A DNA stretch of 64,000 bases from Thermoplasmatota archaeon (lineage in GTDB: Archaea > Thermoplasmatota > E2 > UBA202 > JdFR-43). The position numbers were made by a program, and so were the translations under genes. Where the stretch lies: assembly GCA_029259055.1 (NCBI GenBank), contig JAPDJP010000014.1, forward strand, positions 5,935 to 69,934, read 5' to 3'. How positions within the stretch are numbered: position 1 is the stretch's first letter; the number at the start of each line of letters is the position of its first letter. The notes below the pieces were generated by a model. That model was not told the DNA's origin and did not search any database. It saw only the letters and a program-made list of their open reading frames with translations. Shown in pieces: positions 10,728 through 20,328 of the stretch.

Positions 10728-11658
10728 AAAAATTGATGCCATTTTTATAAAAACACCTGATGAAAATTTTTATTACTTCACAAATCTGGATGGGATATGG
10801 GAAAATAGCTTTGCAATTGTTTACCCCGATAGAATAGAGGTTATTTCTCCTCCATTAGAGGAAGCGAATGTAAATTTTTATAGAAATAAGAAAGAACTCG
10901 AAAAAATCCTTAAAGAAATGCTAGCAGTTGATAAAATAGGATTTAATGGGAGCAAATTATCCTATAAGGATTTCGTTTATCTCAAAAAAATTACAAAAGC
11001 AAAATTAATTGATATAAGTGATGAAATTAAAAAAATAAGGGTAATAAAGAATAAGGAAGAAATAAATTTAATAAGGAAAGCATGCAAAATATCACATTAT
11101 ATAATAAACAACATGGAGTTGGAAGGAAATGAAAAACAAATGGCAATTAAAATTGAATGTGAGATTAGAAGAAAAGGCGCTGAGCCAGCATTTCCTACAA
11201 TAGTTGCTTATGGAAAAAATAGTTCAATTCCTCATCATATGCCCACCAATAAAAAATTTTCAATGCCCGCATTAATTGATTTTGGAGCAAGGTATAAAAA
11301 ATATTGTTCGGATTTGACAAGAACATTCATAGCTAAAAGAGGAAAAAAGGTATATGAAATTGTTGAAACCGCATTGTATATGGCCATAGACGAAATGACC
11401 GAAGGAATAAAAGCTAAGGAAGTTTATGAAAAAATTGAGAAATATTTTAAAAAATATGGATATAAAATGAGGCATGCATTGGGGCATTCTATCGGTTTAC
11501 TTGTGCACGATGGTTTTTCATTAAGTAAGGAAGAAAGTTTGATATTAAGAGAAAATATGGTATTTGCCGTTGAGCCAGCAATATATACAAAAAATTATGG
11601 AATAAGAATTGAAGAAGATGTTATCATAAGAAAAAATAAAGCGGAAGTAATCCATTAG
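10666..11658 (+). CDS. M24 family Xaa-Pro aminopeptidase/prolidase
   Basis: Pita-bread fold with metal ligands: HHMP..., DFGARYKKYCSDLTRTF, HALGHSIGLLVHDG and AVEPAIY motifs. Start uncertain (overlaps ksgA end). Confidence 0.7.
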   Translation: MKKLNQKKLWKYARHWKKIFEKIDAIFIKTPDENFYYFTNLDGIWENSFAIVYPDRIEVISPPLEEANVNFYRNKKELEKILKEMLAVDKIGFNGSKLSYKDFVYLKKITKAKLIDISDEIKKIRVIKNKEEINLIRKACKISHYIINNMELEGNEKQMAIKIECEIRRKGAEPAFPTIVAYGKNSSIPHHMPTNKKFSMPALIDFGARYKKYCSDLTRTFIAKRGKKVYEIVETALYMAIDEMTEGIKAKEVYEKIEKYFKKYGYKMRHALGHSIGLLVHDGFSLSKEESLILRENMVFAVEPAIYTKNYGIRIEEDVIIRKNKAEVIH

Positions 11659-11686
11659 GCTTATATCTTGAATACTATTTAATTTT

Positions 11687-12358
11687 ATGAAAAATCTTGA
11701 TGAAGTTGCAAATAGGATTGAAGAAGAATTAAATGAAAAGGATGATTTAAGAGAAAAAGCTCTAAAAAAATGTAGGGATATTATAAGGGAAAGTAGAAAA
11801 AGTATAAAGAAAGCTCATTCAAATAATATTGAAGATGCTAGAAAACATTTGGAAAAAGCTAAAAGAATTTTAAGCAATTTAAAAGAAGAAATAAAAGAAC
11901 ATCCAGATATTCTCACATCTGGTTATATGGAAAATGCGATGCAGGAAATAGCGGAAGCAGGCATATTTTTATCAATAATTGAGGATAAAGAGTTACCATA
12001 TCCAGAAGAAATAAATGTAAGTTATACAGCTTATTTACTGGGGCTTGCGGATGTTGTGGGGGAATTAAGGAGGAGAGGGGTTTATCTTCTTAGGAACGGA
12101 AACGTTGAAGAGGTGGAAAAAATATTAGAACTGATGGAGGATATATGTGATAAGTTGTTAGAATTTGATTATCCATCTGGTTTGTTACCAATAAAAAGGA
12201 AGCAAGATGTGATAAAAAAGATTCTTGAAAAAATGAGGGGGGAAGTAGCGATATTTAAGAAAAGCAAAGAATTGGAAAGCAAAATTGAGGCAATAATGAT
12301 AAAATTAAGTAAGAAAAAAGAAAAAGAAGAAGCATTGGATATAGACTCCCTACTCTGA
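11687..12358 (+). CDS. translin-family-like protein (tentative)
   Basis: About 220 aa all-helical Lys/Glu-rich protein with spacing reminiscent of archaeal translin. Weak. Confidence 0.3.
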   Translation: MKNLDEVANRIEEELNEKDDLREKALKKCRDIIRESRKSIKKAHSNNIEDARKHLEKAKRILSNLKEEIKEHPDILTSGYMENAMQEIAEAGIFLSIIEDKELPYPEEINVSYTAYLLGLADVVGELRRRGVYLLRNGNVEEVEKILELMEDICDKLLEFDYPSGLLPIKRKQDVIKKILEKMRGEVAIFKKSKELESKIEAIMIKLSKKKEKEEALDIDSLL

Positions 12359-13513
12359 TTGGTATATTATTTCTCCCCTTTTTATTACCATTCTAACTAA
12401 ATTTGTGCCCACTTTGTATGGAATAAAAAGATAGGATGGAATATCCATGATTATTAAATCGGCTTGTTTCCCCTCCTGAATGCTCCCTATATTATTCATT
12501 TTTAGAGATTTTGCAGATATTAAAGTAGATGACCGAAGAGCTTCTAATGGTTTCATTCTCATTTTATAGCATGAAAGTTGAATAATGAATTGCATATTTG
12601 TAATATAGCAATTTGGGTTAAAATCGGTGGCTAAAGCAATTTCTAAACCATTTTGCAACATTTTTCTAGCATTTGGATAATTTGTATTTAAAACGAACGG
12701 CACAGCTGGCAGGAGGGTAGCGATAACTTTTTTCTTTGCCATCTCCTTTATTTCCTCTTCTCCAGCCATTAAAAGATGGTCAGCTGATACCGCTCCTATT
12801 TCTGCAGCAAGCTTGCTACATCCCATACATGAAAATTCATCTGCATGTATTCTAACATCCATTCCATATTTTTTTGCTTCTCTCAAAATCTTCATTGATT
12901 GCTTTATATCGAAATATCCTTTTTCGCAAAAAACGTCACAAAATTTCGCCAGTTTAGAAGCTTTTGGTAAAATCTCTTCTATAATATATTCAACGTATTC
13001 ATCTGCTGTCATATCTTCTGGAATTGCGTGAGCAAGGAAAGTTGGCACAATATCTATTTTTTCTTCTTTTTTTAATTCATTAATAACTTCTAAAATTTTT
13101 ATTTCATTTTTTTCATCTAATCCATATCCACTTTTTATTTCCAAAGTAGTTGTTCCATGCGTGATCATTTCTTTTATTCTTTCCTTACTTTCCTTTTTCA
13201 ATCTCTCTTTACTTGCTTTTTTGGTTTCTTCAACTGTATATTTTATCCCTCCTCCTCTTCTTGCAATTTCTTGATAACTAAGTCCCTCTATTTTCCATTC
13301 GATTTCAAATTCTCTATAACCAGCAAAAACCGTATGAGTATGGCAATCAACAAAGCCCGGCATCACAAATTTTTTCTCAGCATCTATTATTTCATCCGCT
13401 TTTTCCTTTTTTCCGATGCTCTTTATTATACCATCTTCAATATATATACATGTATTCTTTATAATTCTGGAACCATCAAATAATTCCCCAATATTCTTTA
13501 TTAGCAAATTCAT
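12350..13513 (-). CDS. imidazolonepropionase-like metal-dependent amidohydrolase
   Basis: PGFVDCHTHTVFAGYRE and YQEIARRGGGIKYTVEETKKAS match HutI-family signature. Downstream His/Asp metal ligands. Confidence 0.6.
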   Translation of the reverse strand: MNLLIKNIGELFDGSRIIKNTCIYIEDGIIKSIGKKEKADEIIDAEKKFVMPGFVDCHTHTVFAGYREFEIEWKIEGLSYQEIARRGGGIKYTVEETKKASKERLKKESKERIKEMITHGTTTLEIKSGYGLDEKNEIKILEVINELKKEEKIDIVPTFLAHAIPEDMTADEYVEYIIEEILPKASKLAKFCDVFCEKGYFDIKQSMKILREAKKYGMDVRIHADEFSCMGCSKLAAEIGAVSADHLLMAGEEEIKEMAKKKVIATLLPAVPFVLNTNYPNARKMLQNGLEIALATDFNPNCYITNMQFIIQLSCYKMRMKPLEALRSSTLISAKSLKMNNIGSIQEGKQADLIIMDIPSYLFIPYKVGTNLVRMVIKRGEIIYQSE

Positions 13514-13611
13514 GAGGTAAATAAATGTGGGATAAATAAATGTATAATGTGTATAGAGTTAATTAAACGATATAAAAGGAAAAGCTTAATTTCATCTAAT
13601 GCATTCAGATT

Positions 13612-14070
13612 GTGGAATTAAAGGAACTTCATGAAAAGAAAATAAGAGACATAATTGATGAAAAGCAAGTATGGAACCTCCCTTTAATAGAAAAAGATGC
13701 GAGTATAGAAGAAGTTTTAAGTGTATTAACTGGAAGAGACCATGTATGGGTTGTTGAAGAAAAAGGTAGCAAAAAATTGGTGGGAATTATTACGGAAAGC
13801 GATGTGCTTCGTCTCCTCGCTCCTCCTCGCCTTCCAAAATATGTTTTTGGTAAAAGATATGGCGTTTCCTTGCAGCATGGTACAGTTAAGGTTGCAAAAG
13901 ATGTTATGCATAGACAAATAATAAAATGTTCTCTTGATGACAAAATCGGTGACGCATTGTGCAGGATGATAAATTGTGGAATAAGAAGATTACCAGTTGT
14001 TAAAGATGATGAGATTGTTGGAGAAATTACTGTTCATTATATCCTTCAAATATTGTTAGGTAAGAGATAA
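13612..14070 (+). CDS. CBS-domain pair protein
   Basis: Two CBS motifs (GIITESDVLRLL ... RRLPVVKDDEIVGEITVHYIL). Confidence 0.7.
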   Translation: MELKELHEKKIRDIIDEKQVWNLPLIEKDASIEEVLSVLTGRDHVWVVEEKGSKKLVGIITESDVLRLLAPPRLPKYVFGKRYGVSLQHGTVKVAKDVMHRQIIKCSLDDKIGDALCRMINCGIRRLPVVKDDEIVGEITVHYILQILLGKR

Positions 14071-15194
14071 TGCTACTTGAAATAGGTATAGCCTTATTAT
14101 TAGCAAAAGTTGTTGGGCTTGCCTTCGAAAAAATCAAGCAACCAGCTGTAATAGGAGAAATTCTTGCAGGCATTATGATGGGACCATTTATAGCTGGCTA
14201 TTTTGGATTAAACTATCTTTCAGATGTAACGGAAGGATTGGCTCATATTGGAATAATATTACTTTTATTTATTTCAGGATTGGAAACAGGCATAGATGAA
14301 CTAAGAGCAGTTGGGAAAAATGGTTTTATTACCTCTCTCTTTGACGTATCAATTGCTTTCTTTTTTGGTTGTTTAGCAGGATATATTTTGGGATATGATT
14401 TAAAGGTAAGTATTGCAATAGGAAATATTCTGGTTGCAACAAGCGTTGGAATTACTGTAAGAACTCTAATGGAAATGCATGCTTTGCACACAAAAGTTGG
14501 AGAATTAATTTTAACTGTAGCTGTTTTAGATGATGTATTGGGCATAATCGTATTGTCCATTACATTAGGTCATGGCGCATCCTCCTCATTAATCAAAATT
14601 ACCATATTTTTCATTCTCTTCATAATTCTTTTATTTTTAATAGATAAAATTAAGGAAATAAAATTGCATATTCCTCGTTTTGCTTTAACTTTATCATTAT
14701 CTTTCGCTTTAATATTTTCAGCGTTTGCAAAAAGCTTAGGATTGGCTGCTATTACAGGCTCATTTTTTGCTGGGCTAATTTTTAGTAAATTGCCACAAAG
14801 AAGAAGAATAACAGACTTTATAAGACAAATTGGAGAAATTTTCTTTATTCCTTTATTTTTTGTATGGGTAGGAGCATCTTTTGATTTTTCTGCCATAAAG
14901 GAAATAGGTAGCCTCGTTGCTCTCTTTATACCAATGGCCTTGATTGGAAAAATAATTGGTTGTTCAGCTGGTGCAAAAATTTGTGGATTTACTGCAAGAG
15001 ATGCTTTCGCAGTTGGAATTGGAATGATGCCTCGTATGGAAGTTGCTTTAGTAGTGGTGACTACAGAAATAACGATGGGGATATTCAATGAAACTCTAGC
15101 TCATCAGGTTTTGGCATCGACAATTTTATTAGTAATAATATCTTCGTTTATTACCCCAATTTTGCTAAAAATGGTATATAAAGGAGAGAGTTAA
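14070..15194 (+). CDS. CPA2-family cation/proton antiporter (Kef/NapA-like)
   Basis: MLLEIGIALLLAKVVGLAFEKIKQPAVIGEILAGIMMGP typical CPA2 N-terminus. About 12 TM segments. ATGA overlap with CBS gene. Confidence 0.7.
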   Translation: MLLEIGIALLLAKVVGLAFEKIKQPAVIGEILAGIMMGPFIAGYFGLNYLSDVTEGLAHIGIILLLFISGLETGIDELRAVGKNGFITSLFDVSIAFFFGCLAGYILGYDLKVSIAIGNILVATSVGITVRTLMEMHALHTKVGELILTVAVLDDVLGIIVLSITLGHGASSSLIKITIFFILFIILLFLIDKIKEIKLHIPRFALTLSLSFALIFSAFAKSLGLAAITGSFFAGLIFSKLPQRRRITDFIRQIGEIFFIPLFFVWVGASFDFSAIKEIGSLVALFIPMALIGKIIGCSAGAKICGFTARDAFAVGIGMMPRMEVALVVVTTEITMGIFNETLAHQVLASTILLVIISSFITPILLKMVYKGES

Positions 15195-15919
15195 TATAGT
15201 TCTGTGAGTCTTTTGCATATGAAATTTAAAGCTTTTCGCAAATTCTTTTTATTATCCCAATTTTTAATTATATCATCTGGATTTTTTACTTCATCATAGT
15301 ATTTTATCATATTCGGTATAGCTCTTACAACATTATCAACAATAGTTACATCTGCACTTCTTGCTGTTCTAGATAAAGGATTTAAATCGATGGTTATGAC
15401 TATTTTCCCCATTTTTTTCAATGCTTCACACCTATCTCCATCTTCTAGAGGAACTAAAACAGTATCAGAAGAATATATGCCATCGTAACTGCATATAGCT
15501 CTATCATGCTTTAAGCCCTCGATTCTTGCATCTGCTTCTAATCCAAGTATATTTTCTCCTCCGTTTTCTTCTAGAAATCTTATTATCTTTTTTATTCTTT
15601 CCTCGCTCCTATGAAATAAATTTACCTCTATTTTTGCCTTTATTTTTCTGGCAAGATTTATAATGTCCTTTCCAGCTAGAATGGCAGTATTTCCATTTAC
15701 TGATATAACTGGATTTTTTGCCTTTTTAAGATATGCTATAGATGCCTTAACCGCTTCTATCGCAAATGGTTGAGTTTTTTCTCCTAATAAGTAATCAAAA
15801 GCTTCTCCTCTCCCATGAGCTATCAAGCCAGTAATATGAACAATTCCCTTTTTAACTCCTTCCGCTACAATTTCACGAAGTACTAAACTTTGATATCGGG
15901 GATGAGATTTTGGAATCAT
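15191..15919 (-). CDS. 4-phosphopantoate--beta-alanine ligase (archaeal phosphopantothenate synthetase, COG1701)
   Basis: PKSHPRY, GLIAHGRGEAFDYL, VNGNTA, PLEDGDR and ITIDLNPLSR blocks as I recall them from archaeal PPS. Recall-based. Confidence 0.5.
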   Translation of the reverse strand: MIPKSHPRYQSLVLREIVAEGVKKGIVHITGLIAHGRGEAFDYLLGEKTQPFAIEAVKASIAYLKKAKNPVISVNGNTAILAGKDIINLARKIKAKIEVNLFHRSEERIKKIIRFLEENGGENILGLEADARIEGLKHDRAICSYDGIYSSDTVLVPLEDGDRCEALKKMGKIVITIDLNPLSRTARSADVTIVDNVVRAIPNMIKYYDEVKNPDDIIKNWDNKKNLRKALNFICKRLTELY

Positions 15920-16038
15920 ATTTTTAATTGTTTTCTCCTTACTTTAATTTTTATTTTTATACTTTTTACCCCTATTTTTAAAACTTTCTAAAATAAACTT
16001 TAATTAAAAAATAAATAGTAGAAAATGCTTTTTGAACC

Positions 16039-17274
16039 ATGAAATCTTCCCGTATACCAGGCTTTTATAAGATGTCTATAGAAGAAAGAATAAAAATTAT
16101 CAAGGAATTTGCTGAATTAAGCGAAGAAGAGGCTAAGACGCTACGTTCATTTAATGGATTAACTAAGGACATTGCAAATATTATGATAGAAAATGTTGTT
16201 GGAAGTATGCAATTACCCTTGGGAATAGCAACAAATTTCATAATAAATGGAAAGGAAAAACTCATTCCAATGGCAATAGAAGAAACTTCTGTTGTTGCAG
16301 CCGCTTCCAACGCCGCCAAGCTGGCAAGGCCGGAAGGATTTAAAGCAAAAGCAAGTGAGCCCATCATGATTGGACAGATACAAATTCTTAATCCTTGTAA
16401 AGATGCGGAGAAAAAATTAGTGGAAAATAAGGAGGATATTTTAGATTTAGCAAATGCACAAGATAAAATTTTAGTCAGCTTGGGGGGAGGAGCCAAAGAT
16501 TTGGAAGTTAAGTGGCTTAGCGATGATATGTTGGTTGTTCATTTACTGGTTGATGTAAGAGATGCAATGGGTGCAAATGCTGTTAATACAATGGCTGAAG
16601 CTGTTGCCCCTCTTTTAGAAAAAATAACTGGCGGAAAAGCCTTATTACGTATAATATCGAATCTAGCTATTTATAGATTAGCTGAAGCAGAGGTTATCTA
16701 TAAGAAAGATGTTATAGGAGAGGATGTTGTAGATAAGATTGTTAAAGCTTATGAATTTGCTTCTTTGGATATCTTTAGAGCAGCTACCCATAATAAGGGA
16801 ATAATGAATGGAATAGATGCGGTGGCAATAGCAACAGGTAATGACTGGCGCGCTATTGAGGCGGGAGCGCATGCATATGCAGCAATGAATGGTTACAAGC
16901 CTTTAACAACCTGGCAGAAAAACGAGAATGGAGATTTGTACGGAAAAATAAAGTTACCGCTTGCTGTTGGGATAATTGGAGGAGCAACAAAAGTTCATCC
17001 TATTGCAAAATTATGTTTGAAAATATTAGGTGTAAAAACAGCCAAAGAACTCGCCGAAGTTATGGCAGCTGTTGGCTTAGCCCAAAACTTTGCTGCATTA
17101 AGAGCTTTGGCCACGAAGGGAATACAAGCAGGGCATATGAAATTGCATGCCCAAAATATTGCATTTATGGCTGGAGCTAGAGGAGAGGAAATTGACATTG
17201 TTGCAAAAAAAATGATTGAAGAAGGAAAAATAAGAATGGATAGAGCAAAAGAAATATTAGAAGAAATTAGATAA
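16039..17274 (+). CDS. hmgA: HMG-CoA reductase, class I
   Basis: Catalytic-domain-only archaeal form, 411 aa. Conserved ENVVG, DAMGANAVN and GGAT regions. Confidence 0.85.
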   Translation: MKSSRIPGFYKMSIEERIKIIKEFAELSEEEAKTLRSFNGLTKDIANIMIENVVGSMQLPLGIATNFIINGKEKLIPMAIEETSVVAAASNAAKLARPEGFKAKASEPIMIGQIQILNPCKDAEKKLVENKEDILDLANAQDKILVSLGGGAKDLEVKWLSDDMLVVHLLVDVRDAMGANAVNTMAEAVAPLLEKITGGKALLRIISNLAIYRLAEAEVIYKKDVIGEDVVDKIVKAYEFASLDIFRAATHNKGIMNGIDAVAIATGNDWRAIEAGAHAYAAMNGYKPLTTWQKNENGDLYGKIKLPLAVGIIGGATKVHPIAKLCLKILGVKTAKELAEVMAAVGLAQNFAALRALATKGIQAGHMKLHAQNIAFMAGARGEEIDIVAKKMIEEGKIRMDRAKEILEEIR

Positions 17275-17757
17275 TTTTCTTATTCTTTCTTCCCCTCCTA
17301 TTTTTTTAATAAAATTAGCTACTCTACTTGGTACTAAATGTTCCCATGGTTCATTATTTGCTATCTTTCTCCTTATAACCTTTCCTTGACATTCTTTTCT
17401 ATTAAACAGTTCAGTTTCCCTTACTTCATATCCCTCCCTTATAAAAAGCTCTTTTATTAGCTTATTATTTGAAATAACAAAATCAAAAGATGGCACCAAA
17501 TCTTCAACATGTTTTGCATAAACGCCATATCTATTTATATCTGGAACTGGAACAATAAAAAATTTTTTAATTTGCATTTCAAGCATTGCTTCATAAATCA
17601 TTTCATATCTCTCTCCAGCAGTAAAAGGATTTTCAAAAGTATAACTTTCATATGCGGAGCCAATTGCAAAAATAAGTTCATTTTCCTTAAATTTTTTTAC
17701 AAGAAAAGCATGCCCGTTATGAAAAGGTTGGAACCTACCTATTATTAAAGCTCTCAT
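17257..17757 (-). CDS. nadM: nicotinamide-nucleotide adenylyltransferase (archaeal NadM)
   Basis: MRALIIGRFQPFHNGH (H/T-x-GH nucleotidyltransferase motif). 166 aa. Confidence 0.8.
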   Translation of the reverse strand: MRALIIGRFQPFHNGHAFLVKKFKENELIFAIGSAYESYTFENPFTAGERYEMIYEAMLEMQIKKFFIVPVPDINRYGVYAKHVEDLVPSFDFVISNNKLIKELFIREGYEVRETELFNRKECQGKVIRRKIANNEPWEHLVPSRVANFIKKIGGEERIRKLSNFF

Positions 17758-17769
17758 AAATAATAATTT

Positions 17770-18780
17770 TTACCTAATTTTTAATCTTTCCTCAATTTCT
17801 TCAATGAGCAAATAGGATGGACAATTCAATATGGTATATCCCTTTTTGCTTTTATGTATAAATCCTTGCTGTAATAAATTTTGGAAATTTGTCTCAAATT
17901 TAATTTTTGTATTATATTCCTCTTCTTTTATTTTAACAATTTCTTTTATTTCTTCCAAATCTGCATATGCCTTGTTTTTACACGCTAAAGCCGTTGCTAA
18001 AAGAATCAAAGCTTCATCAACTTCCATGCTAGCGATATCGCTTATCCAATCTTCTCTATTTGCTTCTCTTATATCCTCTGCTTCAATTTTATTATGCTGT
18101 TTACTCTCCGCAACTAACGCGGAATTACGGAGGAGGTCTATAGCAGTTCTCATGTGGCCGGGAGCATCCAAAGCAATATCTGCTATTAATGATAAGCAAT
18201 CATCATCATAACTCCCAGTTATTAAACTTTCTTTCGCTCTATATTCTAATATTTCCTTAATTTCCTCCCACTTATATGGTCTTAATTCAACTATTGCATT
18301 GTTAGCGAAAGTGCTCCAGATAGCGTCATCATTTATTACTTGCTTCAAAATCATCCAGTTTCTTGTTATTGCTATATATGAGATTTTTTTCCCAAGTTCA
18401 TATTGTCTGGATAATGTGTAAGCAAAATGCCTTAGTTCATCTGTATGCATACCGTCTATTTCATCAAATATTAGCATTTTCCCTTCTTCAATTTCTTTCC
18501 ATAATTTTTGAGTTGGTAAGCCAGCTGGATTAAAACGGGGTTTTATTTGTTTTAATATTTCCTCTAAAACTCTATGTTCAGTTCTGTTCATATAACAATT
18601 TACATACGCATCTCCCCCAATATATCTTGCTAACAAGGTTTTTCCCGTTCCCACCCCTCCACTTATTAATGCTCTTCCTGTTTTAACCAAAATTTTTAAT
18701 CTGTTTATTTCTTCGTCTCTACATAAAATTTTATCTGGAATATATGATAAATCAAGTTTTTTTGCATCCTTCAGAATCAC
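17770..18780 (-). CDS. Orc1/Cdc6-family AAA+ protein, short paralog
   Basis: [16 protein letters not shown]-term. Walker A GGVGTGKT, Walker B LIFDEID, sensor-2 [11 protein letters not shown]-terminal winged helix. 336 aa, shorter than canonical. Confidence 0.65.
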   Translation of the reverse strand: MILKDAKKLDLSYIPDKILCRDEEINRLKILVKTGRALISGGVGTGKTLLARYIGGDAYVNCYMNRTEHRVLEEILKQIKPRFNPAGLPTQKLWKEIEEGKMLIFDEIDGMHTDELRHFAYTLSRQYELGKKISYIAITRNWMILKQVINDDAIWSTFANNAIVELRPYKWEEIKEILEYRAKESLITGSYDDDCLSLIADIALDAPGHMRTAIDLLRNSALVAESKQHNKIEAEDIREANREDWISDIASMEVDEALILLATALACKNKAYADLEEIKEIVKIKEEEYNTKIKFETNFQNLLQQGFIHKSKKGYTILNCPSYLLIEEIEERLKIR

Positions 18781-18869
18781 ATATTTTAATTATGCAATTT
18801 CATAAAAAGTTTTCTAACAGCGTCAAAACCCAATATAAACATTTTTATATAAATCAATATTTCATTCTC

Positions 18870-19148
18870 ATGATTCGACCCCAAATAATAAAGACATATT
18901 GTCCTTATTGTCATCGCCATACGGAACATGCTATTGAGAGGGTAAGAAAGAAAAGGGCATCAGAATTAAAATGGGGACAACGCCGTTTCAGAAGAGTGAC
19001 AGCGGGGTACGGCGGATATCCCCGCCCCAAGCCGGAAGGGAGGGAAAAGCCAACAAAGAGAATCCATTTAAGATATCGCTGTAAGGAATGTGGCAAAGCT
19101 CATCAGAAAAAAGGCATTAGGTCAAAAAGGTTTGAATTTAAGAGATAA
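18870..19148 (+). CDS. rpl44e: ribosomal protein L44e
   Basis: [20 protein letters not shown]...GQRRFRR...GYGG...[20 protein letters not shown]4 zinc-finger L44e pattern. Start moved to internal ATG at 18870. Confidence 0.8.
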   Translation: MIRPQIIKTYCPYCHRHTEHAIERVRKKRASELKWGQRRFRRVTAGYGGYPRPKPEGREKPTKRIHLRYRCKECGKAHQKKGIRSKRFEFKR

Positions 19149-19150
19149 AT

Positions 19151-19324
19151 ATGGCGTCCCCATTTTATAAAGTTAGGTGTAAAGATTGTAACAATATCCA
19201 AATAATATTCAGTAAAGCAAGTACAAAAGTACTTTGTAATATATGTGGTAGTATATTGGCAGAGCCAACGGGGGGAAAAGCAAAAATAAAAGGAGAAATA
19301 TTAGAGGAATTGAGGCATGCTTAA
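19151..19324 (+). CDS. rps27e: ribosomal protein S27e (not in ORF track)
   Basis: Manual translation gives MASPFYKVRCKDCNNIQIIFSKASTKVLCNICGSILAEPTGGKAKIKGEILEELRHA, the C4 zinc-ribbon S27e. 3 nt after L44e stop. Confidence 0.8.
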   Translation: MASPFYKVRCKDCNNIQIIFSKASTKVLCNICGSILAEPTGGKAKIKGEILEELRHA

Positions 19325-20093
19325 GGAATTACCTGAGAAAGGAGAATTGGTTGTATGCACCGTAACAAAAGCAAAGGGATTTGGTGCTTTTGTTGAGCTT
19401 GAAGAATATCCAGGTAAAAAAGGATTTATTCATATAAAGGAAGTTGCACCTGGATGGGTTAAAAATATAAGAGACCATGTTAGAGAAGGGCAAAGAATAG
19501 TATGTAAAGTAATGGATGTGGATCCTTCCAAAGGATATGTTGATTTATCATTAAAAAGAGTTAATGAACATCAAAAAAGGGAGAAGATTCAGCAATGGAA
19601 AAATGAACAAAAAGCGAAAAAGTTGCTTGAGATGGTGGGCGAAAAAATAGGATTAAGTTTTGATGAATGCCTTAAAGAATTTGGTTATGAATTGGTTAAA
19701 AAATTTGGAAGTCTATATACCGCATTCGAGGAAGTAGCAAGAAATGAGAAAGTACTTGAAGAGGAAGGTTTCGAAGGGGAATGGATTGAGTATTTTATAG
19801 ATGTAGCAAAAGAAAACATAGTTATTCCATTTGTTGAAATAAAAGGATATGTAGAGATGAATTGTCCTACTCCAGATGGAATAAAACATATAAAGAAAGC
19901 TCTAGAATTAATTGAAGAAAAGAACGAGGTTGAAATTCAAGTAAAATATGTATCAGCTCCATTGTATAGAGTAGAGGTTAAAGCGCCAGATTATAAAATT
20001 GCAGAAAAAGAATTAAAAAGTAAAATTGAAAAAGCTATTGAATATATTAAAAAGCATGGTGGATATGGGAAATTTATGAGAGAAATCAAATGA
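19317..20093 (+). CDS. eif2a: translation initiation factor 2 alpha subunit
   Basis: N-terminal S1 domain (GELVVCTVTKAKGFGAFVELEEYPGKKGFIHIKEV). 258 aa. Conserved position after rps27e. Confidence 0.8.
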   Translation: MLKELPEKGELVVCTVTKAKGFGAFVELEEYPGKKGFIHIKEVAPGWVKNIRDHVREGQRIVCKVMDVDPSKGYVDLSLKRVNEHQKREKIQQWKNEQKAKKLLEMVGEKIGLSFDECLKEFGYELVKKFGSLYTAFEEVARNEKVLEEEGFEGEWIEYFIDVAKENIVIPFVEIKGYVEMNCPTPDGIKHIKKALELIEEKNEVEIQVKYVSAPLYRVEVKAPDYKIAEKELKSKIEKAIEYIKKHGGYGKFMREIK

Positions 20094-20266
20094 AATATTG
20101 TTATAAATGTAAAAGATACACATTAAAAGAAGTTTGTCCCGTTTGTGGAGAGAAAACATATAGAAAAGAACCTCCTCGTTTCTCTCCACAAGATAAATAT
20201 GGAAAATATAGGAGAATGCTCAAAAAAGTTGAAAAAGTTAAAAAAGTAGGAGTAGATAAAAAATAA
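20090..20266 (+). CDS. nop10: H/ACA RNP protein Nop10 (not in ORF track)
   Basis: Manual translation gives MKYCYKCKRYTLKEVCPVCGEKTYRKEPPRFSPQDKYGKYRRMLKK... zinc ribbon plus PPRFSP..KY motif. ATGA overlap with eif2a stop. Confidence 0.75.
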   Translation: MKYCYKCKRYTLKEVCPVCGEKTYRKEPPRFSPQDKYGKYRRMLKKVEKVKKVGVDKK

Positions 20267-20285
20267 AGAAAAATAAAGAAAATAA

Positions 20286-20317
20286 GTTAATAGGTTAATA
20301 AGTTAATAGGTTAAAAG
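20286..20317. repeat. tandem octamer GTTAATAG/GTTAATAA x4 just upstream of RBS of PAC2 gene
   Basis: Direct reading: gttaatag gttaataa gttaatag gttaaaag followed by ggagg and ATG at 20329. Confidence 0.5.
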
Positions 20318-20328
20318 GAGGAAATAAA

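Noticed and set aside
14243-15088. Two minus-strand ORFs (105 and 172 aa) inside the antiporter gene
   Set aside because: Antisense to a well-supported CPA2 transporter. Low-complexity translations.
16065-16496. 143-aa minus-strand ORF inside hmgA
   Set aside because: Antisense of a strongly supported HMG-CoA reductase. Ala/Ser-rich artefact.
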